DNA of 64,000 bases from contig OX597827.1 of NCBI GenBank assembly GCA_951406725.2, positions 35,464,001 through 35,528,000 on the forward strand, read 5' to 3'. A program made the translations under genes and the position numbers. The notes beneath the pieces are model-generated. The model was not told the DNA's origin and did not search any database. It saw only the letters and a list, made by a program, of their open reading frames with translations. This stretch comes from Octopus vulgaris (taxonomy: Eukaryota). Below are positions 1 through 13,429 of the stretch, in pieces; position 1 is the first letter of the stretch; each line of letters starts with the position of its first letter.

Positions 1-252
1 TACAAACTCGTCAGCACTCCTGGCAGAACGAATTGCGTCATAGTACTGTTTTTCTCACAAACTGTGCCCAACTGACCCTACTATACTGTGAAGTCGACAA
101 AATCAAAAACAAACAATGCGCATGCGTGCAATTAAAAATATAAAATGGCGACAATTAACCTATCGCACCCTCAGTGTGTGTGCGCGTGTGTGTGTATAAA
201 CACACATACATACACGTACACACTTTCATATACAAGCACATACATACATACA

Positions 253-284
<32 letters not shown>

Positions 285-481
285 CAGGGTATGCCGGGTA
301 TTCGTGAGCAATTTTATTGAGCCATAAATAGAAAGTTTTATTGAATAGTATGTATCTTTAAAATATCGGATTACATATAGTTTTTCTTAAAATTTTGTTC
401 TCAATTCATACATACATACATAAATGCATACATACATACCTACATACATACGTGCGTATGTGTGTGTGTGAGCACGCGTGT

Positions 482-557
<76 letters not shown>

Positions 558-635
558 GTGTAACACCTTTTGAATCAGTATTTTATGGATTGTCGAGACA
601 GATTTGTCTGGTTCCCTGCCTGAACATACATACAG

Positions 636-876
636 CAGTGGTTCCTACACTTTTTTGCCCCCTTGGAACCACATTCCCACCACAAACATGACCATTTTCT
701 GCAGCAAATTCAAAACAAATGTATTTCACAAAAAAATCCATTTATTTTGTTGATTTTACATCCATCTCCCCCTTTTGGCCACTCCATTATCACTCCACTT
801 TTCTCTACAACTCCCTAGATATTTCCACTGCCCCAAGGGCTGTGGTGAGCCGTACAGTCCACTTCGAGAACCACTA
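636..876. mobile_element. hAT (Charlie-like) non-autonomous element / MITE
   Basis: Ends CAGTGGTTCC...GAGAACCACTA resemble Charlie-type TIRs. Flanking 8-mers ACATACAG / ATCTACAG match 6/8 with a central TA, consistent with a decayed 8-bp TSD. Confidence 0.55.
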
Positions 877-1826
877 ATCTACAGGTAGCGTGTGGGGGAG
901 AGAAAAGGAATCAGGAGATATGGTCCGAATTGCTTGCCACGGAGTTTGACTCCACTGAAAAAAAACAAGTATCAAGTAGTGATGGAAACTGAATTCCACG
1001 TTAACTCACATGTGTTATCTCGGCAATAATGATCTAGAAATTGTAATGATGACATTTAATACAGTTGGGGATTCGTTTGAAAGATTTGGCTGACGTTTTT
1101 AACAGATCGAATAAATAGAGTAGGATGTCGCATAAAATAATCCCAAGACGGATTTCTGAAGCCGAGCCAACTGGTAGGAGACTAGGGGTAGATTAAATGG
1201 TTGGATAAGATCCACAGTCCCAGTTGATCACACTTGAAACTGCAGCAAGAAAGCATAATGGTTGCTGCTTCTGATAGGAGCCTATGAAAGAGTCGACTGA
1301 GGACCCTACACACACGCCCCTCCCAGGAATAGTGGGCGGAGAAGAGGGATGAATGAAGGGATGGATACTCCTTTTAGTTATCGGTGGTGTTTGGTGTGTG
1401 GATTTAAAACATGGCATTAAAAAGCAAACTGGATGCTTCTGGTCAATGGTGCCGATTTTAGGTAATAAGTATTATATGGAACCATTCTGTTACTACTACA
1501 AACGTTTAGGATCGCTCGTAGCCGCCAATAATATCAAACAGCATTGGTCCACGTTATCGATTAACGTGACTTAGCACTGCATTAATGTTCTAGCCTGGAA
1601 TACTCGGTAAATAAGTTGTCAAACATCACACGCTCAGTCTCCTACTTACAACACACCAACACAATAACAAATCAACAAAACAAAAGAGACATGTAAATTG
1701 CTTAAATAATATTGAACAGTCGTCGCCTCTTTCCCATCAAACGTCATGTACAGCTGTTTTCTGTTTTATCTATCTTATCTGAAATTGAACAAAAAGATCT
1801 AAACCAGGTGTGCTCTCATTTATGAC

Positions 1827-1898
<72 letters not shown>

Positions 1899-1944
1899 CA
1901 ACAACAACAACAACAGCAACAACAACAACAGCAACAACAACAGC

Positions 1945-1980
<36 letters not shown>

Positions 1981-2004
1981 AATAATAATAATAATAATAA
2001 TAAT
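1827..2004. repeat. (AAT)n(AAC)n(AAT)n trinucleotide microsatellite
   Basis: Directly visible; it explains the poly-N, poly-L and poly-Y/C ORFs. Confidence 0.95.
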
Positions 2005-2650
2005 CCTTTCTACGCTGTTTCAACTCTTCCATGACTGTTCCAAATCATTTCTCTTTGACTAAGTATCTTTTCTCAGAGAAGATTTGCATCTTGTGTTTCC
2101 TAACTTGTTCAGTTTTCAGGCTTCTATTGTATTCAGGATCTTGTCTTAAAGTCAACACTTCATTGTGTAATCTCCTTTTCCACATTTGCTCTTTTTTTTA
2201 ATCTTTACTTGTGGATTATCTAATCTTCTATAACTACTATCCTTCCTGCATAGATCAATAAGTTAGTATCTCCTATGTTTTTAGTATCTGTCCTACTGAT
2301 AACAGAATATACTTTCCTAGCCATTTCTTGTAGCTTTCTTCTGTTTGGTACATTTTAATGCTGGTAATCTTCTTACTTCTTTACTCATTAATTCCTGCAA
2401 CTCATCTAAAATCTTCTGATCTTCTTCACTGAAATCACTTAAGTCGTTGGTGCCAGTTGTCCCTTCGTTATTGGTAGCGCTATTGTTATATTTTCTTTAG
2501 GTTTTTCTTTGGTTTGAGCTGTATCTCTTACAATCTTGTTTGTCTTTCCTACTGCTTGGTCTTTCTTTTCCTGTCCTCTTGTGGTCTCTTCCACCTCCAA
2601 TTCTGTCATCCACTTTCCTCTGCATTAGCTCGATCTCTTAATCTGTTTTA
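2005..2650 (-). mobile_element. Decayed non-LTR retrotransposon fragment (R4/Dong-like, region upstream of RT)
   Basis: Minus-strand peptides QMWKRRL and KYLVKEK*FGTVMEELKQRRK resemble the PPWKRRL...VIEELKQR motifs of R4/Dong-like ORFs; stops and frameshifts present. Confidence 0.5.
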
Positions 2651-2656
2651 TCCTTA

Positions 2657-2923
2657 CGTCGCCAATATCGTTGTACGGTTGATATTGTCGACGATAGATA
2701 AAGAATACTCTGTAACAGTGTTATAACAATACAAAATAGAAACAGCGGCAGTAACAAACACGTAACGAGCCAACAATATTTTACGAACCAACAATCAATA
2801 TTTCCAACACATTAACTCAAACTGTAAACTATACCAAAACTTCGAAGACCAAACTACGAATTGCCGACTACGTCAGACTGCTACTATCTATGTGTAGTGG
2901 TCCCGTCTATTCTCGCCACAACA
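2657..2923 (-). mobile_element. LTR-like remnant with putative primer-binding site
   Basis: Minus strand reads TGTTGTGGCGAGAA...CCGTACA, then a 7-nt spacer and TGGCGACG (PBS-like). Shares blocks with 44981-45088. Confidence 0.4.
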
Positions 2924-3125
2924 TAATCTCTGCTCAGTCACTTTAAACATACCCTTCGCTACCCAAAGTGTTAACATCTGTTTTCTATAGCCCCTTCTTT
3001 TTGCATGGGATGGACAAGAGAAAGTTATATACAAACCAGATGTAGGGTTAGGTTGTCGTATAACAAACATAACGAAAAGTTTTATATTTTAACAACACAC
3101 ATATATACATGCATACATACATAAG

Positions 3126-3597
3126 CACGGGTGTGGTTGTGCTGTGAGAAATTTGATGCCCGGCCACATGGTTCTCGGTTCAATTACACTGCGCAGCATC
3201 TTGGGCAAGTGTCTTCTACTAAAAACCTGGGCCAACCAAAGCCTTGTGAGTGGATTTGATAGGTAAAAACTGAAAGAAACCTGTTGACTTTAATCTGCAT
3301 CAAAACTCTGGAATTCCCAAACCAGATATTCCATTTGAGCGTGGGGACACAGAAATACTCTTGGTTAGTATCAGGGCGCGCAGTAAACACCACCGTGTGT
3401 GAGAGGCCAGTTGTAACAGTATCTTTCAAGGAGAGGGACCTAACCATTTGGAAGCGTACAGTAAGATACAACTTTCGTCCGATCAGCAACCGGATTGAAA
3501 AGGCATGTGAATAGTCATGGGTGGAAAGTCAGAAATACCACTGGCAGCAAGGAAAGAGGAGACAGCAATTGTCCTTGAAGATGGAGCAATCACCATG

Positions 3598-3629
<32 letters not shown>

Positions 3630-4035
3630 TGTATGTATGTATGTATGTATGTATGTAGGTAGGTAGGTAGGTAGGCAGGTAGGTATGTATGTAGGTAGGT
3701 AGGTAGATAGGTAGGTAGGTAGGTAGGTAGGTAGGTAGGTAGATAGGTAGGTAGGTAGGTAGGTAGGTAGGTAGGTAGGTAGGTAGGTAGGTAGGTAGGT
3801 AGGTAGGTAGGTAGGTAGGTTGGTGTGTCTTTGCGTTTGTTCTTCACCACCGTTTGACACCCGGTGTTGGCTTGTATACGTCCACGTAACTTAGCGGTTC
3901 GGCAAAAATATCGCGATAGAATGAGTATGAGGTTATTTGAAAAATAAGTACTGGGATTGATTCGACGACTAAAAACCCTTCAAGGCGGTGCCCCATCATA
4001 ACCGTTGTACAATGACTGAAACAAGTAAAAGATAA
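3126..4035 (+). mobile_element. SINE family A (tRNA-derived head, internal microsatellite, 3' tail), interrupted by a ~310 bp insert
   Basis: Head (3126-3287) and tail (3821-4035) align by eye with the full copies at 9505-9900 and 57396-57820. Confidence 0.8.
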
Positions 4036-4049
4036 AAAAAGATATATAG

Positions 4050-4117
<68 letters not shown>

Positions 4118-5751
4118 GCACATGTATGCATGTATATATATATATATATATAACGGGAAGCTTTATGAAAATAAACAAAAGACGAAGGCAGGTGGAAAAC
4201 AAACGAACAATATATACATATGTATACACACGCACACACACACTCACATATATATATATATAAAATGCGAAGTGAAGTTTTAAATGTTTACGGTATTTGC
4301 TTCCATAACGGAAGTGGAGCAAATTTTAGAACTGAAAATGTTTTACTTTTCGAAACAGGAGTTATACATATACGTACATTGCAATAGTAATTTAACTTGG
4401 TAGGGGATATATGAACTCATTCTCTAAATAGATTCCACGCCCCTTCAACAATTTCCGTTGTTCTTCCGATGTTTATATTTTTCCGGTGTATGATACTCTC
4501 TCCCACACACTCTCGCGCGCACTTTATATCATTCAGTGTTAGATGTCACATTGACTTATGTGAGATGCGAGCAATAATAGGGCTATATAAAAATATGGCT
4601 CGGTTTTCGTGAAAAGTAAATAGATGAATGCTTGAAACTGTGAATCTCGCATGTGGTTCGATTTTTACTTCGATTCTTTTTCTTTTGTTTTCTCTCAAGA
4701 TGATCTCTCTATTTTTATATTTAGAACATCGGAGAGTCCGATTGAGCAAAAATAAAGAAAAAAATTTTTTTCACGAACATCCTTAGAAAACAAAGTATAA
4801 TTTCTAATAATTTACACAAAATGTCGGCTTTTTATACAACACTGAATTGCTCTCGTCAACGTTATCTCTGGAAGCATGTTCAAAACATTGGCAGGATCAA
4901 CATCACACAAAATACTTTACTTAAGCCATTCGCTTCCAATGGATCATAGACCACCGACGACTTTTATCTGCTGCCCTCGATTTTGGGCATATGTTTCCCT
5001 GAAGGAAGGCCTTCCTCTCTCAGGTCTTGGTTTTGAATTGCCAACTGAGTTTCTGTAAGTTTGCTTTTTTTTTTTACTAGGTAGGGGTGTTTGGGCCCTA
5101 CACAAACCCATTTTTACCTCTAGGCAGTCCATATTAGCCTGGCCTCTGTCCTTTAACCTATCCTGGTGTGGGTCTCAGAGCCATTGCGACACATGGACCA
5201 CCATACCACATCACAACAAGACCAGGACCTTGTGATGGTTCAGGCAAAATGCTTTGCAGTATTTCTTTCGACTCTCCGAGATGAACTTCGCCTTTCACCC
5301 TTGCGGATACGATAAAATATAAAATACCAGTCAAGTATCAAGGTCGACGATATCAACTAAACTCTTAACTGAAAAACTGCTGGCTTTCTGCCTAAATTAA
5401 AAATTATTATCGAATATTTTCTTCCTTGAAATATTTCAGTTATTGAATGTCCACGTTTAATTAAAATATAATCAATAACGATACGAAGTTCAGTGGTAGC
5501 ATCTTCGTTTATTGTTGTAATTTCACTGCTTCTACGAATAAACAAACGAATAGTAAACAGCATTTATTAAGCTAAAATTTGCATTTTTAAACAACTTATT
5601 CAGTGAAGCTTTCATAATTAACAATTAACTATTTTATTTGTATAAAATTCGATTGTAGTAGATTTGATTAACTCCCCTGACAATTCCAGGGACCCTAATT
5701 GTAAACGATTACATTACACACACAAACGCGCGCGCGCACACATATACATAT

Positions 5752-5798
<47 letters not shown>

Positions 5799-5923
5799 TC
5801 GGAGATTTTTATGGTAGTTGAAAAAACATTAGCGTCAATTTCTAATTCAGTACGCGGCGAGGTACTTAGCTGACCCATGATTATAATTATTATATAATCA
5901 TAGAATATTATATATATATATAT

Positions 5924-6150
5924 AAACAGGAGATTGGTAAAATCTTGGTTTTATTTATTCACCGTTACACGTGTTTCATTTTCTAATATGTGTTACATAA
6001 TGTATTATTTGATTCTCTGTCTGAAGATTTTCTAACAGGAAATATCTTACATGTATTCTACTACATGTAGAATTTTCTAGCTCCTATTATAAAATGAAAC
6101 ACGTGTAATGGTGAATAAACAGTACCAAAATGTTTCTAGCCGCTTGTTTT
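5924..6150. repeat. Inverted repeat (~65 bp arms) containing a hammerhead-like motif
   Basis: TTTATTCACCGTTACACGTGTTTCATTTT versus AAAATGAAACACGTGTAATGGTGAATAAA; CTGAAGA at 6021 and GAAACACGTGTA at 6096. Confidence 0.75.
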
Positions 6151-7514
6151 GATATTATTATTCTGCAGAAAATATTTACCAGTATTTTCAACGCTTATGC
6201 ATGCCTCACACAAATTTAACATCAACATACGAATGTGGAATACTAAAATAAGCGGATGTGCTTCAAGAGGACATGGGTTGGATTCTAATCCTATTTAAAT
6301 AATGCACGCACGTACACAGACACACACACACATACACACAACACACATACACATACACACACACATACACACACACGCACACACACACTCACTGATACAT
6401 ACACATTCATACATGCGCACATACATCACTTTGTCGACCGGACTACTGGATTTTTTATAGTGTTTTCCCCAAGAAAACAACACACCGCCTGGCCCGAAAA
6501 TCGAAACCACGACTTTGTGATCGTAAGTGCAACATCCAAACCACCAGGCCACAGGCCTTCATACATGCACACACACACACTCACACACGCACACACACGC
6601 ACGCACACACGCACGCACACACTTACGCACGCGCCCGCTCACACACACATACGCACACATTATTACTATTTTTATGCCCCGCATGAAATAAAAATCAGCT
6701 CAATCATTAGAGACTAACATACACCCACTCTGACTCGTAATGTAATACGCATTGTTAATACACACTCATAATAACGCACACACACACATACTTTTCCTTC
6801 TGCTATGACTGAACGAAATGGCAAAGTCATTATAAAACTGAACTCACAACACGCAGTGGTAATGGCGACATGTTTATTATATATTGAATTTTAATGACTA
6901 CGGGAATTGTGGCTGTGTAATGTTGAAATTTTTATCGTTTACTGAATCAGACACGAAATTCCCTGCACAGAATTAGTATTTTATTATTTAGATAGAAATC
7001 ATTTACTTCATACATTCAATAATTAACACTTGTACTTATATATATATGTGTGTACTATTGAACAAAATTATAAAGTCCTCGGAAGGTAGAAAGATAGGGT
7101 ATTTCCATTGAGAAATGCTATATGTATTATATGTACCCGCCGTGACCTGTTGGGTCACAACCACTCCAAGGGGAAAATGTCGATGCGCAGCGGGAAAGGA
7201 AAAAATACTATTTCGAACTTCATGTAATCAAATTCTTAAATTAACACAGTTGTCCTGCCTTTTGTGTTTCTTCTTTGAAAACCTTCAAATGGCCTTCAAC
7301 TTTTTCCTCGATCTCTTCTTTGCCATTCTTTATTACAACTGTTTCAACTGAAATATATGGGTACTTCAGCATAAAGTAAGGTTTTTTTGCAAAGTCATCA
7401 TTGATGTACAATGAAAAGAATTCTGTCAATGTTGTTCTCATATGTCGTTCATTGACATCCATATGTCACGCATTTTTTTCTCTCCTTGTTTCTCTCCTTG
7501 TTTTTTTCTGTGTA

Positions 7515-7552
7515 TCTTTCTGTCGAAGAGTGTAGGCTCGAAACGTAAAAGA
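7515..7552 (+). ncRNA. Degenerate minimal hammerhead-like motif in a dispersed Penelope-type repeat
   Basis: TCTTT CTGTCGA A GAGT GTAG GCTC GAAACGTA AAAGA; stems I and II are present but the core has A6>T. Second copy at 25566-25601. Confidence 0.4.
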
Positions 7553-8599
7553 CTTTTTTCTATTCCTGAGCGCTATACTAATACATTTGTTTGTTTGTAC
7601 TCCACCTGCCTTCGTCTTTTGCTTATTTTCGTAAACTTTCCCTTTATATTCTCATTATTTCTTAGCAATATTCTTTGTTCGTCTGGTAGATGAACTTGCA
7701 GTTTCGTTAATACGAGTGCTCTTACATGAATTGAAAATCCTAAAATGGACACAACTCAATCGGAAGGCTTAATATACCTACTCATTAGATATTGACTAAT
7801 GTCATTATCATTGTTTATTTGAACAGCAGCTTAATCATTTCCTTTCAGCGTATACTAGACCTTGTACTTAATTTACTTTACTGAGGCAACGATTTCAACG
7901 TTGCAGTGGTATTTAAATACTCCTAAAAGAGTTGTATTATAAGGTACAACCCATTTGTTGTTTGTTTTTCCATTCTTATGAGATTCAATTCTTCCCATTG
8001 CATCTGATCTTCGTCTATAAAGAGATAGTCTCTCTGTCTTTCTGCTTTTTGATTAAGATGATAAAGATTAATATTTTACTTTAAATAAAACAGTAATATT
8101 TCCCATTAAGAAAAAAAAATCAAGTACCCGTGATTCAAAAGATATCGCATGAAAATATAGGGAGAATTTCTATTTCAGTCCACGGCACTCGAAAGTTATA
8201 AAAATGATTAAGGGAAGAAGAAAGAAAGTAAGAAAAAAAGACGGACGACAGTAGCTCCGACGATTCTTTGAAGTGTCGACATTTTCAACTTGATTTTTTT
8301 TTTCTTCTTAAAAGGGGAAATGGCTATTTTATTTGCAATATTTATCATCTCAATCAAATGGCTGGAAAATAGACAAAATTTGAGTTTTAATATTATATAT
8401 ATATATAAGTGTGTGTGTGTGTATTACTCATTTACAGCTGAATTAACTGGACTGACGTGAAATGAAGCGTTTTGCTCAAGAACACAACGCACCGCCCAGT
8501 CGGGAATCGAGGCCACGATCTTGCGTTGCAATACCCCAACCACTGGGACACACGCCTTCATTTATATAACATAGATAAAAGAATCTTGTGACTTTGCCG

Positions 8600-8815
8600 G
8601 AATATAATAATCATTTCTACTATAGGCACAAAAGCTGAAATTTGCGGGGAAGGGGATAGTCGGTTACATCGACTCCAGTGTTTCACTGGTATTTATTCAT
8701 TGATCCCGAAAAGATGAAAAATAAAGTTGACCTCAATGGAATTTGAACTCAGAACATAAAGAATTGGTTTTAAGCATTTCGCCTGGCGTGCTAACGATTC
8801 TGCCACCACGCCGCC
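8600..8815 (-). mobile_element. SINE family B (tRNA-like head, CORE-like central domain)
   Basis: Reverse complement of GGCGGCGTGGTGGCAGAATCGTTAGCACGCC...GAGTTCAAATTCC...TTTCATCTTTTCGGGATC, a motif repeated many times in the window. Confidence 0.8.
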
Positions 8816-9504
8816 GTACTCTTACGACATAAAAATACCAGACATTTATCAGTGATAGCAGTGCTTAAAAAATATTTGACATTTTTATCAGCTTGAAATC
8901 TTTTATTTCTGTTTTTAAAAAAGTAAATTGATAACATGCTTAGCGTTGATAAGACAATTTTCTGAAAAAGATTTTGAGAAATGGTATTATATTTATGGTT
9001 CGTACATAAACTAGCCTAACCTGTTTTGTTAACAAAGCATTTCTTGCCATGGAGGAGGATATTGCAAACGAAACAGATTTCAAGCTCGAAATGTAGAACT
9101 TGATTACATGACTACAAGAACGGCTAGAACAACCTGTGAATTTGTACCCCAATTTCAGAGGCTTTGCTATGAAAGCTTGAAGAAAAACGATGAAAGTATT
9201 GAAAACGAGAAGGATTTGAAAGGCTTTTATGAAAAATTTCCGGTTGCATCTGACAATTTCGGGAAGCCTGTACATACAAATATACAGACAGACAGATAGA
9301 TATTTATTATTCTTATACTAGAATGTTGCTGCCAGTGACTTCGAAGTTTCAGCCAGTTAAGCTATCGTCGGACTGCAGTCTTGTATAAGAATAATTAATT
9401 TGCACTCTACAGGAGTATAGAGTAACCCGGGTCGATGTAATCGATTTACCCATCGACTCGAACTTGTTGGTCTTGTGCCAAAATTTGAAATCTTTATAAC
9501 TGAA

Positions 9505-9900
9505 CATGTGGCTGTGTGGTAAGTAGTTTGATTACCAACCACATGGTTCCGGGTTCATTTCCACTGCGTGGCACCTTGGGCAAGTATCTTCTACTATAGC
9601 CTTGGGCCGACCAAAGCCTTGTGAGTGGATTTGTAGACGGAAACTGAAAGAAGCCCGTCGTATATATGTATATATGTATGTGTGTGTATATATTTGCGTG
9701 TCTTTGTTTGTCCCCTGCCAACATCGCTTGACAACCGATGGTGGTGTGTTTACGTCCCCGTAACTTAGCGGTTCGGTAAAAAAGACCGATAGAATAAATA
9801 CTAGGCTTACAAAGAATAAGTCCTGAAGTCGATTTGCTCGACTAAAGGCGGTGCTCCAGCATAGCCGCAGTCAAATGACTGAAACAATTAAAAGAGAGAA
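9505..9900 (+). mobile_element. SINE family A, near full length
   Basis: A-box-like TGGCTGTGTGG and B-box GGTTCATTTCC, then CACCTTGGGCAAGT, an internal (TA/TG)n and a tail ending GACTGAAACAATTAAAAGA. Closely matches 57396-57820. Confidence 0.88.
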
Positions 9901-9907
9901 AAGAGAA

Positions 9908-10009
<102 letters not shown>

Positions 10010-10079
10010 TGATAGATAGATAGATGGGTGGATGGATGGATAGATGGATAGATAGACAGATAGTTAGATAGACAGATAG

Positions 10080-10131
<52 letters not shown>

Positions 10132-10553
10132 ACACACACACACATACACACACATATACACATGGTTTTAAAAACACACCCTGTTTATATTTCTATTTAA
10201 ACGTTTGTTCTCTATTGTTATTCTGCTTAATAAAAAAACAACAGCCTAAGCAATCTATTAGAACACAGATATAACTCATCCCTATCAATCTGTATATTTA
10301 ATACTGCTTCATCTACCTCTAAAAACATGCCTACCTTGCCTGTACTCCACTAACCCTCTCCAATCCCTATATGTTTGCACTATCTACCCGCTTTGCTTAA
10401 TTTAGCTTCTATTCTTTTAACCACATAGCATCTGGCTTGGATTTGTTTACGAAGACTCTCTGAGATCCATCAAGCCCCGAGAGAAATAAATAAATAATTA
10501 CTCTGCATGTGCATTTAGGACTGTGTGTGTATGTGAGTGTGTGGGGGAGGATA

Positions 10554-10589
<36 letters not shown>

Positions 10590-11291
10590 ACAAGGGGTTC
10601 TGTGTTTGAGTGGGTATGTGGGGTGGCTGATTTTGTGTTTCTCTGTCTTTGTATTACTTAACTGTTTTCATATACAGAAATGTCTTGAAATAAGTTATTG
10701 TTATTGCTGCTGTTATTGGTGGTGGTGGTGGTGGTGCCGGTGGTGGTGGCGGTGGTGGTGGTGCCGATTGTGGTGCTGCGGCTGCTACTGCTGCTGTTGC
10801 TGGTACATGTGTGGTCTTGATAGTTGTATGGTGATATTGGTAGCTGTGGTGAGGTGGTAGGGATGTTGTTGGATGAGGGGTAGTGGTGGTGATGAGGTGG
10901 TGATGGTGGTGGTGGTGGTGGTGGTGGTGGTGGTGGTGGCAGTGACGGAGTGTTGTTGTTGCTGCAGCTGCTGTTGTTATTTAATACCAAGCAGATCTGA
11001 CCAAAGCAATTTCTTTGATCATAGATCTAATCGACAGACCTATGATTTAGCAATAGCCACTTCAACGGTTTTTGTTCTTGGTTTTCTCTGGCTTAATGTA
11101 CCTTGGACAGCATTATCCAATGTGTCTATTTTTTAATGGTAGGGTGTGATTTGAGGATGATTTGGCTGTTGTTACGAGCAGGTCAAGCGATTACAGAGAT
11201 GTCCCCACTCTAGTTTTTTGCATGCAGTTATGTAAAACGAAATATATGTTAGTATGACTATATCTGCGTATGGTATACATACATATATACA

Positions 11292-11324
<33 letters not shown>

Positions 11325-11483
11325 GTTTGTGTGTGTGTGTGTATACATATATATAGAGAGAGAGACAAACAGACAGGCTCAGACACGCGCGCACACAAAC
11401 TTACAGATATAGACACATAAGCGCATATATACAGACAGACAGACAGACAGGCGGACAGACAGACAGACAGACAGACAGATATA

Positions 11484-12799
11484 TAGGGGTTAAGCAAAAT
11501 AGTCGAACCACATTGTGAAATGTAAGTTTATTATTAATTCGAAGTCGTTTTTTTTTATTTTTTAGCGTCAGTCACAACTTTAATATGTCGAGGAATTGAC
11601 TCGTACAGGTTCTGAGTGGTTGATAGGGGAATTTTAAGCCATTCTTCAAGTAAAAACTTGCTTTTGCTCTTTCAGTGTCGATGATGGAAGGAAGCGGTTC
11701 TTCACTTACTGCTCCAAAATGCAACTATAAATCTTCTATTATAATTAGATCCGGTAATTGGGGGGTGGGGGAACGGAGGGTGGGTTCAAGGGGTCTACTC
11801 ACTTTTGTGTTTCTCGTACCAATTTTAAATAGCATGGGCCATGTGAATCGATGCATTATTGTCCTAGATCATTACGCTACCATCAGGGAACAATTTTTGT
11901 ACTGTAGAATAGACATGATCGACCAAAATACTCAGATAACCCTTGGCGTTAATTCTGCCATGTAGAACAACTAAAGGCTTCAAAAGAATTTCGTGAAATG
12001 ACTACCAGAATCATTACAGAACCACCTCCTTGCACCACAGTAGGGACCAAAGTGTCGTGGTTGAAGGCTTCTTCGGGCTCTCTCCAGACATAAACGCGTT
12101 CCGAAGTGGTAAAAGGGATGAATGATGATTCATCCGAGAAGATGGCATTGTTCCATTGACCACTTCTGGTTGTTCAGAGACCATTTTTTCCACTAATCAA
12201 TGTTGATGGGAGACAGGAGGTGGTTGTGGTTAGCAATTGCAGCCTTCCTATGGATTCCTACTTTATGGAGTTTACGACAAACAGTTTTGGTCGACACGGG
12301 GTTGGCAAGGTGGTAGTTTAGTTTTGTTTTCGCTTTTGCTGCCGTAGTTTGATGGTTTTTAGAAATAGTTTTATTATCCTGCGATCCCTTTCTGTGAGCT
12401 TTGCATTCCGTCTAGAACAATGCTTTTCAAAGCAAGTTTTACCTTGGTTTTGGAATGCCAACATGATTTTTCAGATACTATACTTCTCGAAACATTAAGC
12501 AATTCAACAGTTTTAGTGACTGCTGATCCAGCCCGCCACGCTACAACAATTTGTCCTCTTGGAAATCCGATATGTCACGCCTTTTAACATATTTAAATAT
12601 ATCTGGAAAAAAAGAAGAGTGAGTGAAAGAGAGGGCTATATCATTAAATAGAGGACATCCATAATGCATATGAACATACACACATACACACACACACACA
12701 CAGAGACTAGAATAGTTTTGAATTTTGTCATATTGCCAAATAGATAACAGAGTTAAATAAAAGAAAAGAAAATGGTGTTTCCATTTTGTCCAGCTCCTG
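11484..12799 (-). mobile_element. Old Tc1-family DNA transposon, pseudogenised DD34E-type transposase
   Basis: Minus-strand peptides DISDFQ, QWNNAIFSDESSF...RVYVWREPEEAF, LHGRINAKGYLSILVDHV, DNNASIH, PQLPDLIIIEDL. Degenerate TIRs TAGGGGTTAAGCAAAATAG / CCATTTTGTCCAGCTCCTG. Confidence 0.82.
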
Positions 12800-13429
12800 T
12801 ACAACATACGTACATGCATACATACATACATACATACATACATACATACATACATACATACATACATACATACATACATACATACATACATCATGGCATA
12901 ACAACATAATTATACATATTTACACATACTTATATATATCATACTCTACCTTTCTGAAGATTTAAAACTCCCTGTCAAAATTATTTTTTCCAATATATAT
13001 TAATTTCATTCTGGAATCAGTCGGTTATTTTTGACTCAACTAATTCATTCGGTAATCAATTCCAAATTTTATCGATCTATAAAGATATGTTGCTCTTTTT
13101 AGCTTCATTCAAAGCTTCTTAAATAATTCATGACCAGACTTTTGTTGTTGACTAACGGAATTTTTTGTTATCGACTTTGTTCAGGTTTAGTTTCTCTCTC
13201 CCTCTCCCCTCTCTCTCCATCTCTCTCCCCCTTTCTCTCCTTTTTGTAACCGTTTAAGGAAAGACAGTGTGAGGCTCTACGTTACCTTTGGACCTTCTAG
13301 AAACAACAGCCAAATTTCACCCAAATAAAGCCTTAGTGCCTTATACACGTAAGGACTCATTTGATAATGTAGTGTCTGGGAAAAGACGGTATGGTCAGGA
13401 TTGAACTCTCCTTAATATTACACCTTGCT

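Noticed and set aside
9505-9580. tRNA gene
   Set aside because: A/B-box-like motifs belong to multi-copy SINE heads; no complete cloverleaf is evident.
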